A stretch of DNA of 63,984 bases, counting the filler, from Octopus bimaculoides (lineage: Eukaryota): assembly GCF_001194135.2 (NCBI RefSeq). It is 9 parts of 9 records of this genome, joined end to end, with 100 filler letters (N's around TTAATTAATTAA, not from the genome) between each part and the next. Parts side by side here need not be neighbours in the genome. Positions count along the whole stretch, not along the records: positions 1 to 12,364 come from NC_068985.1; positions 12,465 to 21,380 come from NC_068999.1; positions 21,481 to 28,352 come from NC_069001.1; 6 more parts are not named here. One strand, given 5' to 3'. The position numbers and the translations under genes were made by a program. Shown here in pieces: positions 12,218-24,450 of the stretch. Numbering within the stretch: the stretch's first letter is position 1; each line of letters starts with the position of its first letter. The notes below the pieces were generated by a model. It searched no databases and was not told where the DNA came from. It saw nothing but the letters and a program-made list of their open reading frames with translations.

Positions 12218-12364
12218 AGGCGCAATGGCCCAGTGGTTAAGGCAGCGGACTCGCGGTCATAGAATCGCGGTTTCGATTCCCAGACGGGACATTGTGAGTG
12301 TTTATTGAGCGAAAACACCTAATGCTCCACGAGGCTCCGGCAGGGGGTGGTGGCGAACCCTGCT
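12214..12364 (+). mobile_element. SINE family C 5' part, truncated by a gap
   Basis: TGGAGGCGCAATGGCCCAGTGGTTAAGGCAGCGGACTCGCGG...GGTTTCGATTCCCAG. Confidence 0.9.
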
Positions 12365-12464
12365 NNNNNNNNNNNNNNNNNNNNNNNNNNNNNNNNNNNN
12401 NNNNNNNNTTAATTAATTAANNNNNNNNNNNNNNNNNNNNNNNNNNNNNNNNNNNNNNNNNNNN
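12365..12464. other. Artificial 100-bp scaffold spacer (44 N + TTAATTAATTAA + 44 N); identical spacers at 21381-21480, 28353-28452, 41221-41320, 48896-48995, 51822-51921, 56277-56376 and 60419-60518
   Basis: The layout is identical eight times; the 12-mer puts TAA stops in all six frames. Confidence 0.95.
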
Positions 12465-12786
12465 TAGAGGTGTTACTATTGTCCAAATCATTTCTTGCCA
12501 TGAACCAGTGCCTCTATAGCCTGGTACTTGTGCATGTCTGTTCTGGCAAGGTTTCTATGGCTGCATGGCCTTCCAGCCTTACCCATCACCAAACACTTTG
12601 CAGACTCTTATTTCCTCATGGCACACCAGCACTACAGAGGTTGTTTCACTCACCAATAAATGTAGGGGGGGGGGATTCTCTTGTGGTACCAGTACAGGAT
12701 GTGGGTGGACAGGAACATCCTAGTGAGCAGCACATCCATCTCCACCCTCACAAGTCAAAAGATTGCACCGAATAATAATAACAATG

Positions 12787-12828
<42 letters not shown>

Positions 12829-12834
<6 letters not shown>

Positions 12835-13033
12835 TAAGTAAATATAAGGACCTGGAAATTGAAATACAAAAGACGAGGCATCTTAAAGTGAAAACTGTTC
12901 CTGTTATTGTATGATAAGAAAGGGATGTCAGAAACATCTAGATAACATCCCAGGAGAACCATGTCTCAGAGAAATCCAAAAGATTGTGCTGACAAGTACT
13001 GCCCACATCCTTAGAAAAACCCTATCCATTTAA
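12829..13033 (+). mobile_element. R4/Dong-like retrotransposon C-terminal (RLE) fragment
   Basis: KLSKYKDLEIEIQKTRHLKVKTVPVIV ... KHLDNIPGEPCLREIQKIVLTSTAHILRKTLSI*. Confidence 0.8.
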
Positions 13034-13186
13034 ATGTCTGTGTTGTATTATATGAAGATATTTCATTACTGCCCCTGCTACTTCCCCTCCCCAAGCTTTT
13101 AGTCATATTGTAACATCTCTTATCCTTCACTTGCCCCGGGATGCTGGGTGTGTCTCGGCAAGTGATTGTAAAAAACATGCAGATTA

Positions 13187-13573
<387 letters not shown>

Positions 13574-13867
13574 TCATCACCATCATCATCATCATTTTAT
13601 GCCTGCTTTCCATGCTGGGATGACAGAATCAGTAGAGTATCAAACAAAAAAATACCTTCTGGTATTTGAGTCCCCTTATTGTTCAGTTACATCCCTTCAT
13701 ACTCAAGACGACCATACCTTCCTTCCTTCAGGGGCCAGTAATATAAATACCAGACAAGCAGTGCGGTCGAAATGATCAAATAAAAAAACTTGACGATGGT
13801 GCCCCAGCATGGTCGCAGTTCAATGAGTGAAACCTGTAAAAGATATTTAAGACAAAAGCAAACTTAC

Positions 13868-14089
13868 TTGGTTCATTCCTGCATTGGTAAAATAAGTACC
13901 AGCTGCCTTCGTGGGTATCACAGATGATGACTTCACAAACTGATGGCCATTCTCTTCACAGAAATAATCTAAGAATGTCTTGCGGATTCGTTTCGATGAC
14001 CATGTGGTTTTCTTGTGGGTATGGATGAGGGCCGAGTAAGTGTGGGTCCGATGGCAATGGTGACAAACTCTGGTGCCAACTTTCAACAT
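13868..14089 (-). CDS. AARS2: Mitochondrial alanyl-tRNA synthetase, first coding exon (74 codons)
   Basis: MLKVGTRV...WSSKRIRKTFLDYFCEENGHQFVKSSSVIPTKAAGTYFTNAGMNQ matches the AlaRS N-terminus, preceded by an acid-free basic leader (presequence-like). Donor CAA|GTAAGT; acceptor ccttttgtAG at 14112-14111. The exact start codon is inferred. Confidence 0.88.
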
Positions 14090-14913
14090 GATGAAACAAG
14101 CTAACAGCACCTACAAAAGGACAGTTTATTTTGAGTATTTCACCACTGTGTAGTGAGAGCATTGAAGGCTATGTCCACTTGATAGAGACACCGGGGCCAC
14201 TAAGTGACACTCTTGACAGGGTTTGAAACCTGCATGCTAGGAAAATAACTCATGAATCATTCAATGCTGCCACCACATACACTTTCAGTTGCATGATACA
14301 TATTAACAGCCTGAGTGAATGACAGAAACCTTGACTCATTGAAAATAATAGTCAAACCACCTTCAAATCACACATTAACTGGCACCCCATCAATTACAGC
14401 AATTAATGTTCCAGTTAATCTGATCAACAGAACAGCATGTTTGTGAAATTAATGTGCAAATGGCTGAGTGCTCCACAGACAATTGTATCTTAAATGTAGT
14501 TCTCAGGGAGATACAGTGTGACACAGAGTGTGACATGGTTGGCCCTTTGAAATACAGGTACAATTTGATTGCCTATACAATCACCTGTTTTTAGTACTGA
14601 ACTGTCCAGTGCCTCCGTCGAGCAGAAATAACAGCCACATCATATTCTACTAAGTTTTTTTTTTTTAATGAACACATGCGATAATGTAGTCCTGGGTGTA
14701 TTATGTCTGAATAAAAGACAGGATGGTCATAGCTGGAACGTCTTCGATCAGAGGTCAGCTGCATCAGGGCTACGCTGAGGATAAATAACAAGAGCAAGGA
14801 AGGATATATTAAATAATGTAGTCTTAGATTGACTATGATTGAATAAAAGACGGGATGGTCACATCTGGAACAGCTTTGATCATAGGTCTGTTGCATCAGG
14901 ACTCGACTAGGGC

Positions 14914-14944
<31 letters not shown>

Positions 14945-15584
14945 GCAACTCACAAACACTCGTTACTTTCACACGTCTCCCGGAATCAGAACGATTTTCC
15001 TTGCGGCAGAGTTTTTTTTTTTTTCATTCAGATAATTCATTCACAACAGAAAATAAACATCAGCCAGTCACGAGCAACCTCTACAAAGTCGCTCNNNNNN
15101 NNNNACCTACTAGAAACAGAAGCCAAATCTCCCTCAAACCACATCCTACAGCCTTTAAAAAACGAACGCGTAGGAGAATGCAATGTTAAATATACTAACA
15201 GACGAGGTCATGGCAGGAATATTTCATTCGTAGATCAGTCTACTCGATGAGGACTGACCTAGGGTTAAAACAACAACCAATTGCAATGACAGTAAAAGGT
15301 GATATATTCCACAAACTTCAGATTTCATTAAACGGTAGTTTGCTACAATCAACATGTGCGCGTAATAAATTTATTAATCGAATACATAATCAGATATTAC
15401 GGAGATCGTTATAGAAATGGGTTGCAATTAATTTAATAAATGATAATACAAGAGTAATTAAATAGTTCTTACAAGTCCACAGCGTATTGGGTAGTTTGGT
15501 TGAATAATAATTCCAGTTTTGACAATCAGATCGATAACTTTCCAATGTCAACAATCGTCGGCGAGAGAGAAATCGACAACCATG

Positions 15585-15626
<42 letters not shown>

Positions 15627-18206
15627 TTCATGCAGAGTTAGACACACGATTCTCAGACGCATTTTCTTATTATTCCTTCGTGGTGGTTGTGTGTGTTTTA
15701 TGTACGTTCTCTCTTTGTCTTTTTAATTTAAATTAAATTTTGACCGGTCACAGGTATGTATGTACTATCGGTACGTGCGTGTGTGTGCGCGCGTGTGTGC
15801 GTGCGCGTGCGTATGTACGTGTTTGTGCGTGCGCGAGCGCGCGTGCGTGTGTGCGTGTGTGTATCTGTGTGTCTGTGTGTTCGTCCCGTCAGTGCAATGG
15901 GTTCCGTTAAATGTAAACCAAGACTTCGCAGTTCACACAACGGTGACCTTTGCATTCGGTTCACTGGGAACGCATGTCCGGGTTTCTTGACATGTCTTAA
16001 CATGTTGCACGATCTTTGTAAATAAAATGCTCAAGCAAACGGTTACGGTTGTTCCAAATTCTCCGCGTAACCATGTCCGGACTGTTCGTTTTTCTATAGA
16101 CGGGGGAAGATTATTACCTTGATTATAAACCGGTGACAGTTGGCGTCCAACCGTAGGAAATTCTACTCCAATGTATTGTCATCTGACTCGTGCAAACATG
16201 GTAAGGAGGACCGTAAAAACACAACGGTGACGATTACGACGGTGATGATGATGATGATGGTTGTTGTCATTTTGTACATTCATCTAATAAGGATCAGTGA
16301 TAACAGGGCAGCACCCTGGTTCACTCCCACGTGGACAGCACATGTGGTACAATCACAGCACTCCGTCTCCAATCCTTATGGAATTTCTGTAAAGCATCAA
16401 CACCTATATTATGTAGATTTCCTCGACTCCTTATCGCTAAAGAGCCGATAGAAAAAGTCCATGGGGAACTCAATCAAATTCTTTTTCTAAGTTCATGAAA
16501 GCTATGTGCATTAATCAATTTCTTTTCAAATCCCGTAATCCATGAAACCATGGACCTCATGGATTACGATATTTGGTAGCATATAAAATGCACTTTTCAG
16601 TTATCCAAAGAATGTCTTAAAAAATCACCCCAAATCCTTTTATCTGCCAAATTGAGCCGAGATTACTTGCTTTAATGGGCTAAAATCATGTTTTTCATGA
16701 ATATGCTACTGAAATTAGGATGCGTCTAATACGCCCGAGCGTCTTTTATGCCGTCAAAGAGAGTTCTTCAATGAATCAACAAGAAACCAAATCCATCCCT
16801 TCTTATTTTCCTCCTCCTCCACCTCAATAACTCAAAAATCCTCCTTATCATTTCCTTACCACACATCAACAATAACTAATTCTTTTCCACCAGTTAGAAA
16901 ATTTCCACAAGAGACGAAAGCAGCAACCATACCGAGAAGCAATGTTATCGCCTCTTCAACATGGCTGTTCCGTCTCTTCTGGAGACTTTCTAGCTGGTTG
17001 ATTTGCCTGGTGCAAGATCAGTTGTCACTTATTTTTTATATATTGCGAGCAGGAGCGAGTTACTGCTATCTCTAGTGGACAAATAGTTCGAAACCGTACG
17101 GTCTGGAGGCCCCGTTGCCGGAAGATGGTAGGGGTTCACTCCCTGCTTGCAATATATATCAACTGCAGATTGCATCGAATAGTTAGCTGGAGGGGGCGTC
17201 CTCCTGGGGTTGAAGTGGTAGTGACCCCGGTTCCTATGGAACAACGATATTGAAGTGGTGATAGACATTGCTTCACAATTCTTTTCCAATTTCCGTTAAT
17301 TCTTCACGATTTCCACACTCTTAGAAATTAAGGACAAAAAACTTTCTTCTTTGTCTGAAAAAGGACTTCGTCGAAAACGTTAGAAACGCTTGAGAGAAAT
17401 AAAACAACTAAAAACTATTAAATATTCGGTATTTTACCGATAAAAACACTTATATTGTTTAGTTTTAGAATATCTTTGAAATTAGACTCTCTTGTGGAAG
17501 TCTAATTGGTTTATTGTTCAGACTGAAGAGAAATGGAAGCATAGTACCTTTGACCTCCGCAGGTCACCCCAGGCAGTGAGGTCAAATCATTTAGTCATCT
17601 CGAACTGTTGTATGTTAATACGTGGGACGCTATTGTGGTCAAAGGAGGGAATGTCACCAAGATACTGTCCAGAGCAGAAAGGACGGAGAAACTGTTGTTG
17701 GTGTTCTCAGATCGGTCATAAATCCAGCCTTGGCTTTCAATTTATACGTCTCCGTACATTCCTACATGTCTCCACATGTTTCTACATGTTTTCATAACGC
17801 AAATGACATTAATATTGGAAACAATTCCCTCAACAGACCATCCCACTTCTTTTTTTTTTTTAATTCTTTCTTTATTTCTAATCAACAGGAATGGCCACTG
17901 TCCAGTGATTGAAACCAACTGAAACGATGAATAAACGGTTCTTGTTTTTAAGTAAATACCATAAAATATGAAGAAAAAAAAGGTCTGTTTGGGATTTTGG
18001 GGTACTTAAGAATAAATGACAATTAAAATCAACTCGTGTCATAGTTATTTTATGTGTCTGGTTGACACACAATCAATACCATCGATTCTCGCGGGACCAA
18101 TGATTTCCGTGCTGCCAAACAAGATAAAATGGTGCTGACCTTTTAACTAAATGAACCACTCAATTAATCAAACGATTAGACATTGGAATAAACAAAGACA
18201 TTGCAA

Positions 18207-18239
<33 letters not shown>

Positions 18240-18808
18240 CATCATCATCATCATCATAATCGTAATCATAATCTTCATCTCATCATCGTCATCATCATCA
18301 TAATCGTCATCGTCATCATCGTCGTCGCCGTCACCGTCATCGCCGACATCTTCCCCCCCCCCAACTCTCACGTTGGCTTTTTGGTACCAAATACACTCGT
18401 GTCTCTATCGCTCGCGGAGAGATAAATCCCTGCAACCTCCAGTGCCGAGAGCATAAAATATTTCAGTGAAGAGTTCACATATACCACACAACATACAGAA
18501 CAGAGCTACTAGGTCCTGTGTGTATACTATGTATAGGGGCTTGGCTCGGGGTCTCAACTCTTATTGGGGTCGTAGGGACAGCCGTTGTGACATACAACAT
18601 TGAGCTGTCATGGGCAGTCTGCGGCCCGCGAGGCTTTCTGTATGGCACACCTAACGAAAAAATGACCTCACTTTTTTTCTGTAGTGCGGCCCGTTTAATG
18701 ATGAGCCATGGTGTCGCATGCGGCCCGCTTCTCGAAAAATAGATGCCTATGCCTGGTATAGAGACAGATGTGGGTATTCATAGCTACAACGACGGCTACG
18801 AATGCCCG

Positions 18809-18846
18809 CGTCTGTCTCTACGCCCAGCTGGGCGTAGAGACAGACG
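18809..18846. repeat. Perfect 38-bp palindrome with no spacer
   Basis: CGTCTGTCTCTACGCCCAG|CTGGGCGTAGAGACAGACG. Confidence 0.9.
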
Positions 18847-19357
18847 AGAAGGTAGCTTAATAAAAAGCTCATTTTAAAAGAAAGACAAAGAGAGCGAGAG
18901 AGCGAGAGAGAAGTTAAGAAAGAGTTATGGAGAGAGAAAGAGAAAGAACAGAGAAAGACAGACAGAGAGAGACAGAGAGACAGAGAGACAGACAGATAGA
19001 AAGACAGACAAGGTGTCCCTAAATGATAAACCGAAATCTGAGCCGGTTTTATAGTTTGTTGTTACTGTCTGCTGTCGTTGCAAAAAATGTCCCTGTCCAC
19101 AAAAACGTCAACTTGCTTATTAATAAGACCGCCATTGTTTAAACCGACCAATTCTTCAGATTCCTTCAAGTCACAACCAAAGGAGTGGCGGACCAAAATA
19201 CACAACAACACAGCAAACTCTGTCTCCACCACACTCTCGCTCTTTCTTTTCTTTCTTTCTCTCCTTCACTGTCTTTCGCTCTCTCTGTGGACGTCCTCTC
19301 TCTCTCTCTGGACGTCCTCTCTTTCCTCAACAATTACTACCACAACCACCACCACGT

Positions 19358-19420
<63 letters not shown>

Positions 19421-19550
19421 AATATGTTAGCTATTCTATAAACAAGGAAGGAAATGACAAGCTGGCACACTTCACGCCTCTCACTCGCAATGTCATCATG
19501 TTTCACTGCTTCTTCTTCTCCTCTCTAATTAAAGCCACATATTGTTAATA

Positions 19551-19693
19551 CATCCAGTGCGTAACTGGTACTTGTCTAATCGACCCCCGAAAGGATGAAA
19601 GGAAAAGTCGACCTCGGCGGAATTGGAACTCAGAACGTAGCGGTAGACGATATACCGCTAAGCGTTTCGTCCGGCACGCTAACGATTCTGCCT
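19551..19693 (-). mobile_element. SINE family A copy
   Basis: CCAGTGCGTAACTGGTACTT...GAAAGGATGAAAGG...GTCGACCTCGGCGGAATT. Confidence 0.8.
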
Positions 19694-19811
19694 CACACAC
19701 ACATACACACGCATGCATATGTGTATGCATGCCTCCTTTAATAGATGTCGATCAATGTATACATTCTTAAGAAGATGTAGATTGCTGTTTCTGCCAGCTC
19801 GCTGCTTTAAT

Positions 19812-19859
<48 letters not shown>

Positions 19860-20266
19860 AATAATAATAATAATAATAATAAATTTTTTTTNNNNNNNNN
19901 NNNNNNNNNNNNNNNNNNNNNNNNNNNNNNNNNNNNNNNNNNNNNNNNNNNNNNNNNNNNNNNNNNNNNNNNNNNNNNNNNNNNNNNNNNNNNNNNNNNN
20001 NNNNNNNNNNNNNNNNNNNNNNNNNNNNNNNNNNNNNNNNNNNNNNNNNNNNNNNNNNNNNNNNNNNNNNNNNNNNNNNNNNNNNNNNNNNNNNNNNNNN
20101 NNNNNNNNNNNNNNNNNNNNNNNNNNNNNNNNNNNNNNNNNNNNNNNNNNNNNNNNNNNNNNNNNNNNNNNNNNAAAGGCGTGGAGCGAATTGCAACATA
20201 AATTTGTCATTGAAAAAAAAAAAATTGACAAAAATTGAGACAAGTGATAGCGGTGAGGGTGATAAA

Positions 20267-20343
<77 letters not shown>

Positions 20344-20638
20344 CAATGACGATGATGAGGAGGCGGCGGAGGAGGAAGACTCGAAGTGATGCAATTAAAA
20401 AATGCAGCGTACGTCAAACCAAACTCTGGAAGACTATGGAGGCGAGAGTCAGATAAAGAAGATGCGGGGAAAAAAAAGATGCGAAGAGGATGGAAGACGT
20501 ACAATGGAATGTGAGGATAAGTTTTTTGACTTTTTTTTTTCTATGCATAAAAATATGAATAATTACTCAGAATGATTATAAAAAATTTACATATAAATAT
20601 GATATAATTAAAATAAAATAAATCGAATGGAAAACATT

Positions 20639-20731
20639 GAAGGTACCCCTACACTGGTTGAGAAGGTACCCCTACACTGGTGAGAAGGTACCCCTACACT
20701 GGTGAGAAGGTACCTCTACACTGGTGAGAAG
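20639..20731. repeat. 22-bp minisatellite, about 4 copies
   Basis: Unit GAGAAGGTACCCCTACACTGGT. Confidence 0.9.
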
Positions 20732-20827
20732 CTATTGGCTATGTCCTTTTAGATACCGTACCTCTCTACTTGCCCACCAATGCTTATTCAGGAGCCTTGG
20801 GTACCCAAAGTACCCGTTTGTGTTTTA

Positions 20828-21055
20828 CGAGGGGGTGCTGAAAAGTTCCTGGCTTTGGGTAAAACAAACTACAAAAGGATCAGTTGGTTATGATTTTAAT
20901 TTACATACCCCGCCCCCCCTCTCAGATTCACACACTTACTGCAGCAGCCCTTCAGTTTTTCTTACTCTTGTAAAAGAACTCGGAAGGTTGGACCCCCCAA
21001 CCAGGCCTTTCGCGACACCCTTACGGCCAGGAACTTTCAGCGCCCCTCCCTCTCG
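20828..21055. mobile_element. Mariner-type MITE with TA target duplication
   Basis: TA|CGAGGGGGTGCTGAAAAGTTCCTGG ... CCAGGAACTTTCAGCGCCCCT..CTCG|TA; the interior matches the 44220-44365 mariner end. Confidence 0.8.
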
Positions 21056-21337
21056 TACGTATTGTCTTGAACTTAGAAAACAACCCCCATCCTCACGATA
21101 TTCTTGTTTCACAAGATTTTGTCCTACAAGTTTGTTGTTGTTATTATTAACAGCTTGTCTTTGGAATGTCTCTGACATTCCAAACTTATTTAATAAATTC
21201 TTCGCTGATATTTCAGACAACAGCCGCCACACCAAGACTGTTTTTCTTTTATTGCGTCCATGAGGCCTTGGCTAGAATTTCTTTCTATCGTCTTGTTCTT
21301 TGTCGTGATTAGTGTTGCTCTAAGGAGGTGTGTGTGT

Positions 21338-21380
<43 letters not shown>

Positions 21381-21480
21381 NNNNNNNNNNNNNNNNNNNN
21401 NNNNNNNNNNNNNNNNNNNNNNNNTTAATTAATTAANNNNNNNNNNNNNNNNNNNNNNNNNNNNNNNNNNNNNNNNNNNN

Positions 21481-21511
<31 letters not shown>

Positions 21512-21672
21512 ACATGTGTGTGTGTGTGTGTGTGTGTGTCTAATATTTTGGTTAAGTATTGCAAGACTATTAACCTGATGTAGAACCCAATATATGTATG
21601 TTTCAAAATGAAGTGTTAGACGAGTATAGAGTGGTAATAAGAAAATGAGATGACAAAGGAATAAATGAAAGT

Positions 21673-22003
21673 TTATGAACTTCATTAGCCTGCAGCTGTT
21701 TCTGCTATAGTATGCAGTGCACTCATAGTCGAGTGCTTGAATAACACTTTATAGCTTCATCAGAGCCTCGAATATGATGTGCAATTTATTTGGGGAAAAA
21801 TTATATTTCTGGCTATATAGGGAACGGTATCAACATGAGAAAGTCAGTATGAATGTATATAAGAAAATTTTATACACTTTTCTTATATACATTTGTATGG
21901 ATATTTGAGGCCCTGATGAAGCTGTAAGGTGTTATCCAGGCACTCAACTATGAGTCGACTGCATCTTATGGCACAAACAGCAGTAAGAGGATGAAGTCCA
22001 TAA
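21673..22003. ncRNA. Foldback element with two divergent hammerhead-like motifs
   Basis: Minus arm: CTGATGA 21763-21757, stem II GCTATA/TATAGC, GAAAC-AGCT-GCA. Plus arm: CTGATGA 21913-21919, GCTGTAAG/CTTATGGC, CAAAC-AGCA-GTA. Confidence 0.6.
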
Positions 22004-22039
22004 GAAAATCTTTTATTCCTTTGTCATCTCTCTTTCTTT

Positions 22040-22094
<55 letters not shown>

Positions 22095-22854
22095 NNNNNN
22101 NNNNNNNNNNNNNNNNNNNNNNNNNNNNNNNNNNNNNNNNNNNNNNNNNNNNNNNNNNNNNNNNNNNNNNNNNNNNNNNNNNNNNNNNNNNNNNNNNNNN
22201 NNNNNNNNNNNNNNNNNNNNNNNNNNNNNNNNNNNNNNNNNNNNNNNNNNNNNNNNNNNNNNNNNNNNNNNNNNNNNNNNNNNNNNNNNNNNNNNNNNNN
22301 NNNNNNNNNNNNNNNNNNNNNNNNNNNNNNNNNNNNNNNNNNNNNNNNNNNNNNNNNNNNNNNNNNNNNNNNNNNNNNNNNNNNNNNNNNNNNNNNNNNN
22401 NNNNNNNNNNNNNNNNNNNNNNNNNNNNNNNNNNNNNNNNNNNNNNNNNNNNNNNNNNNNNNNNNNNNNNNNNNNNNNNNNNNNNNNNNNNNNNNNNNNN
22501 NNNNNNNNNNNNNNNNNNNNNNNNNNNNNNNNNNNNNNNNNNNNNNNNNNNNNNNNNNNNNNNNNNNNNNNNNNNNNNNNNNNNNNNNNNNNNNNNNNNN
22601 NNNNNNNNNNNNNNNNNNNNNNNNNNNNNNNNNNNNNNNNNNNNNNNNNNNNNNNNNNNNNNNNNNNNNNNNNNNNNNNNNNNNNNNNNNNNNNNNNNNN
22701 NNNNNNNNNNNNNNNNNNNNNNNNNNNNNNNNNNNNNNNNNNNNNNNNNNNNNNNNATATATATATATATAAGGATTTACTTTTTGTAATGAGATAAAAA
22801 ACCAAGGCTGTGTATAATATAGAACATTTATATATATATATATATATATATATT

Positions 22855-23070
22855 TCATCATCATCATCATTTAACATCTGTTTTCCATGCTGGCATGGGT
22901 TGGACAGTTTGACAGAAGCTGACCGAGCTGAAGGACTGTTCAGCTTCCATAGTCTGCTTTGGCATGGTTTCTATAGCCGGATGCTCTTCCTAATGCCAAC
23001 CATATTACAGAGTGTACTGGGTGCTTTTATGCATCACCGGTACAGGTGCTTTTCATGTGGTACCAGTCCT
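22855..23070 (-). mobile_element. SINE family D (RTE-type tail) copy
   Basis: CATCATCAT..TTTAACATCTGTTTTCCATGCTGGCATGGGTTGGAC...GGATGCTCTTCCTAATGCCAACC; same family at 27730 and 50433. Confidence 0.8.
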
Positions 23071-24364
23071 TACATACACACACACACACACGCATATATA
23101 TATATATCAAGAGACTATAAAAATACTCTGCTTCATACAAATATATTTACTCAGTGCACATCACAAGAGTTTTTTTTTTTTTTGTTTTTTTCAAAGCTTG
23201 GCCATACTGGAAGGGGAAATTTATTGTGACAGAGTGTTTGAAACCAGCAAGAGATCTGCAAGTAGCATGTTGAAATTGTAAGATAGTATATTGTCAGTCA
23301 TAACCATTCCAGCATTACTCTCAAACTATTCCCATTTCATATTAGTTGGTTGCTGTTGAGGACATTATTACTGTTGTTTCATTCATTTCTGTTAGCTGCA
23401 GAAGTGTCAGTTACAGGTGTTGTTTACATATTGGCATTCACACTGGATAAGAGAGAGAAACATCTCTAGCTCAAATGGTGTGAGGCAGCCTTTTTATTTC
23501 ATTCGGTGAAATTCTTCTCTTTTNNNNNNNNNNNNNNNNATAACGAATCTCTGAATAAATTTTCTTTTTGTATTCTTTTTAGCATTTTTTTCTGTAATTT
23601 TTTTTTTGATTCTATAATTTCTCTGCTTGGTGTTTTGTGAGGAGGAGCTTTCTGATAGGCAAGTCGATGGTATGCACACACGCATGCACACACACACACA
23701 CACATGCACACACGCACACAAGCACACACACTTTGGAAAAATGGACTTTTTTCCCTACTCTTTTTTCATGAAGTGAAGTTGTCAAGTTATTCTCTTCCTG
23801 AGACAACAGAACTTGGTGCATTTTGATTTCCTGCTGGTTTGGCTAAAGCTTATCATATATTTTGTTTTGGAAACTGGAAGAATTTTGATGTGTAACTGTG
23901 CATTAAAGCTAATATAACTATACATTAGGTGGGTCATACTGCTAATAAATAAATTGCTAAACAAATTCAGACATTATTACCTCCACCTTAGCAAAGGTAG
24001 AGAAGGTATTGTTTCATCATGTTTGTTTGTTTGTCTGTGGACAAGATATCTCAAGAACTTTCAGGGATGTTTGGCCTTGTGACTGGCACAAACTGATTAG
24101 ATTTGGGGTTTCATCGAGTACCTGACAAGGATTCTAGATTATTTTTCCTGTTTTTTTAACTTAATTTTTGAGAGCGGTTGGATTCATTTTTAGCAATGTC
24201 ATTTATGAGAGCAGACAAGTTTATTTCAGATATTCTCATTTTAAAAATCATCTCTGGCTAATCGTTGAGAGGACATTAGTGTTGCCTTGCACTCTCTGTG
24301 TGCTCTTGTTTATATATGAAAGAAATAAGAAAAAAACATACATGCATACATGTATACATACATA

Positions 24365-24450
24365 GGCACAGGAGTGGCTGTGTGGTAAGTAGCTTGCTTA
24401 CCAACCACATGGTTCCGGGTTCATTCCCACTGCATGGCACCTTGGGCTAC
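24365..24450 (+). mobile_element. SINE family B head
   Basis: GGCACAGGAGTGGCTGTGTGGTAAGTAGCTTGCTTACCAACCACATGGTTCCGGGTTCATTCCCACTG. Confidence 0.85.

Noticed and set aside
12409-12420. TTAATTAATTAA as a biological motif (homeobox or PacI sites)
   Set aside because: It is always centred in 88 Ns with an identical layout, so it is an assembly linker.
20639-20731. Possible CRISPR-like array
   Set aside because: The units are contiguous with no spacers, the context is eukaryotic, and there are no cas genes.
23300-23980. Lys-rich minus-strand frames resembling a THAP/P-element or Harbinger relic
   Set aside because: The similarity is too vague, stops occur in all frames, and a family cannot be assigned.
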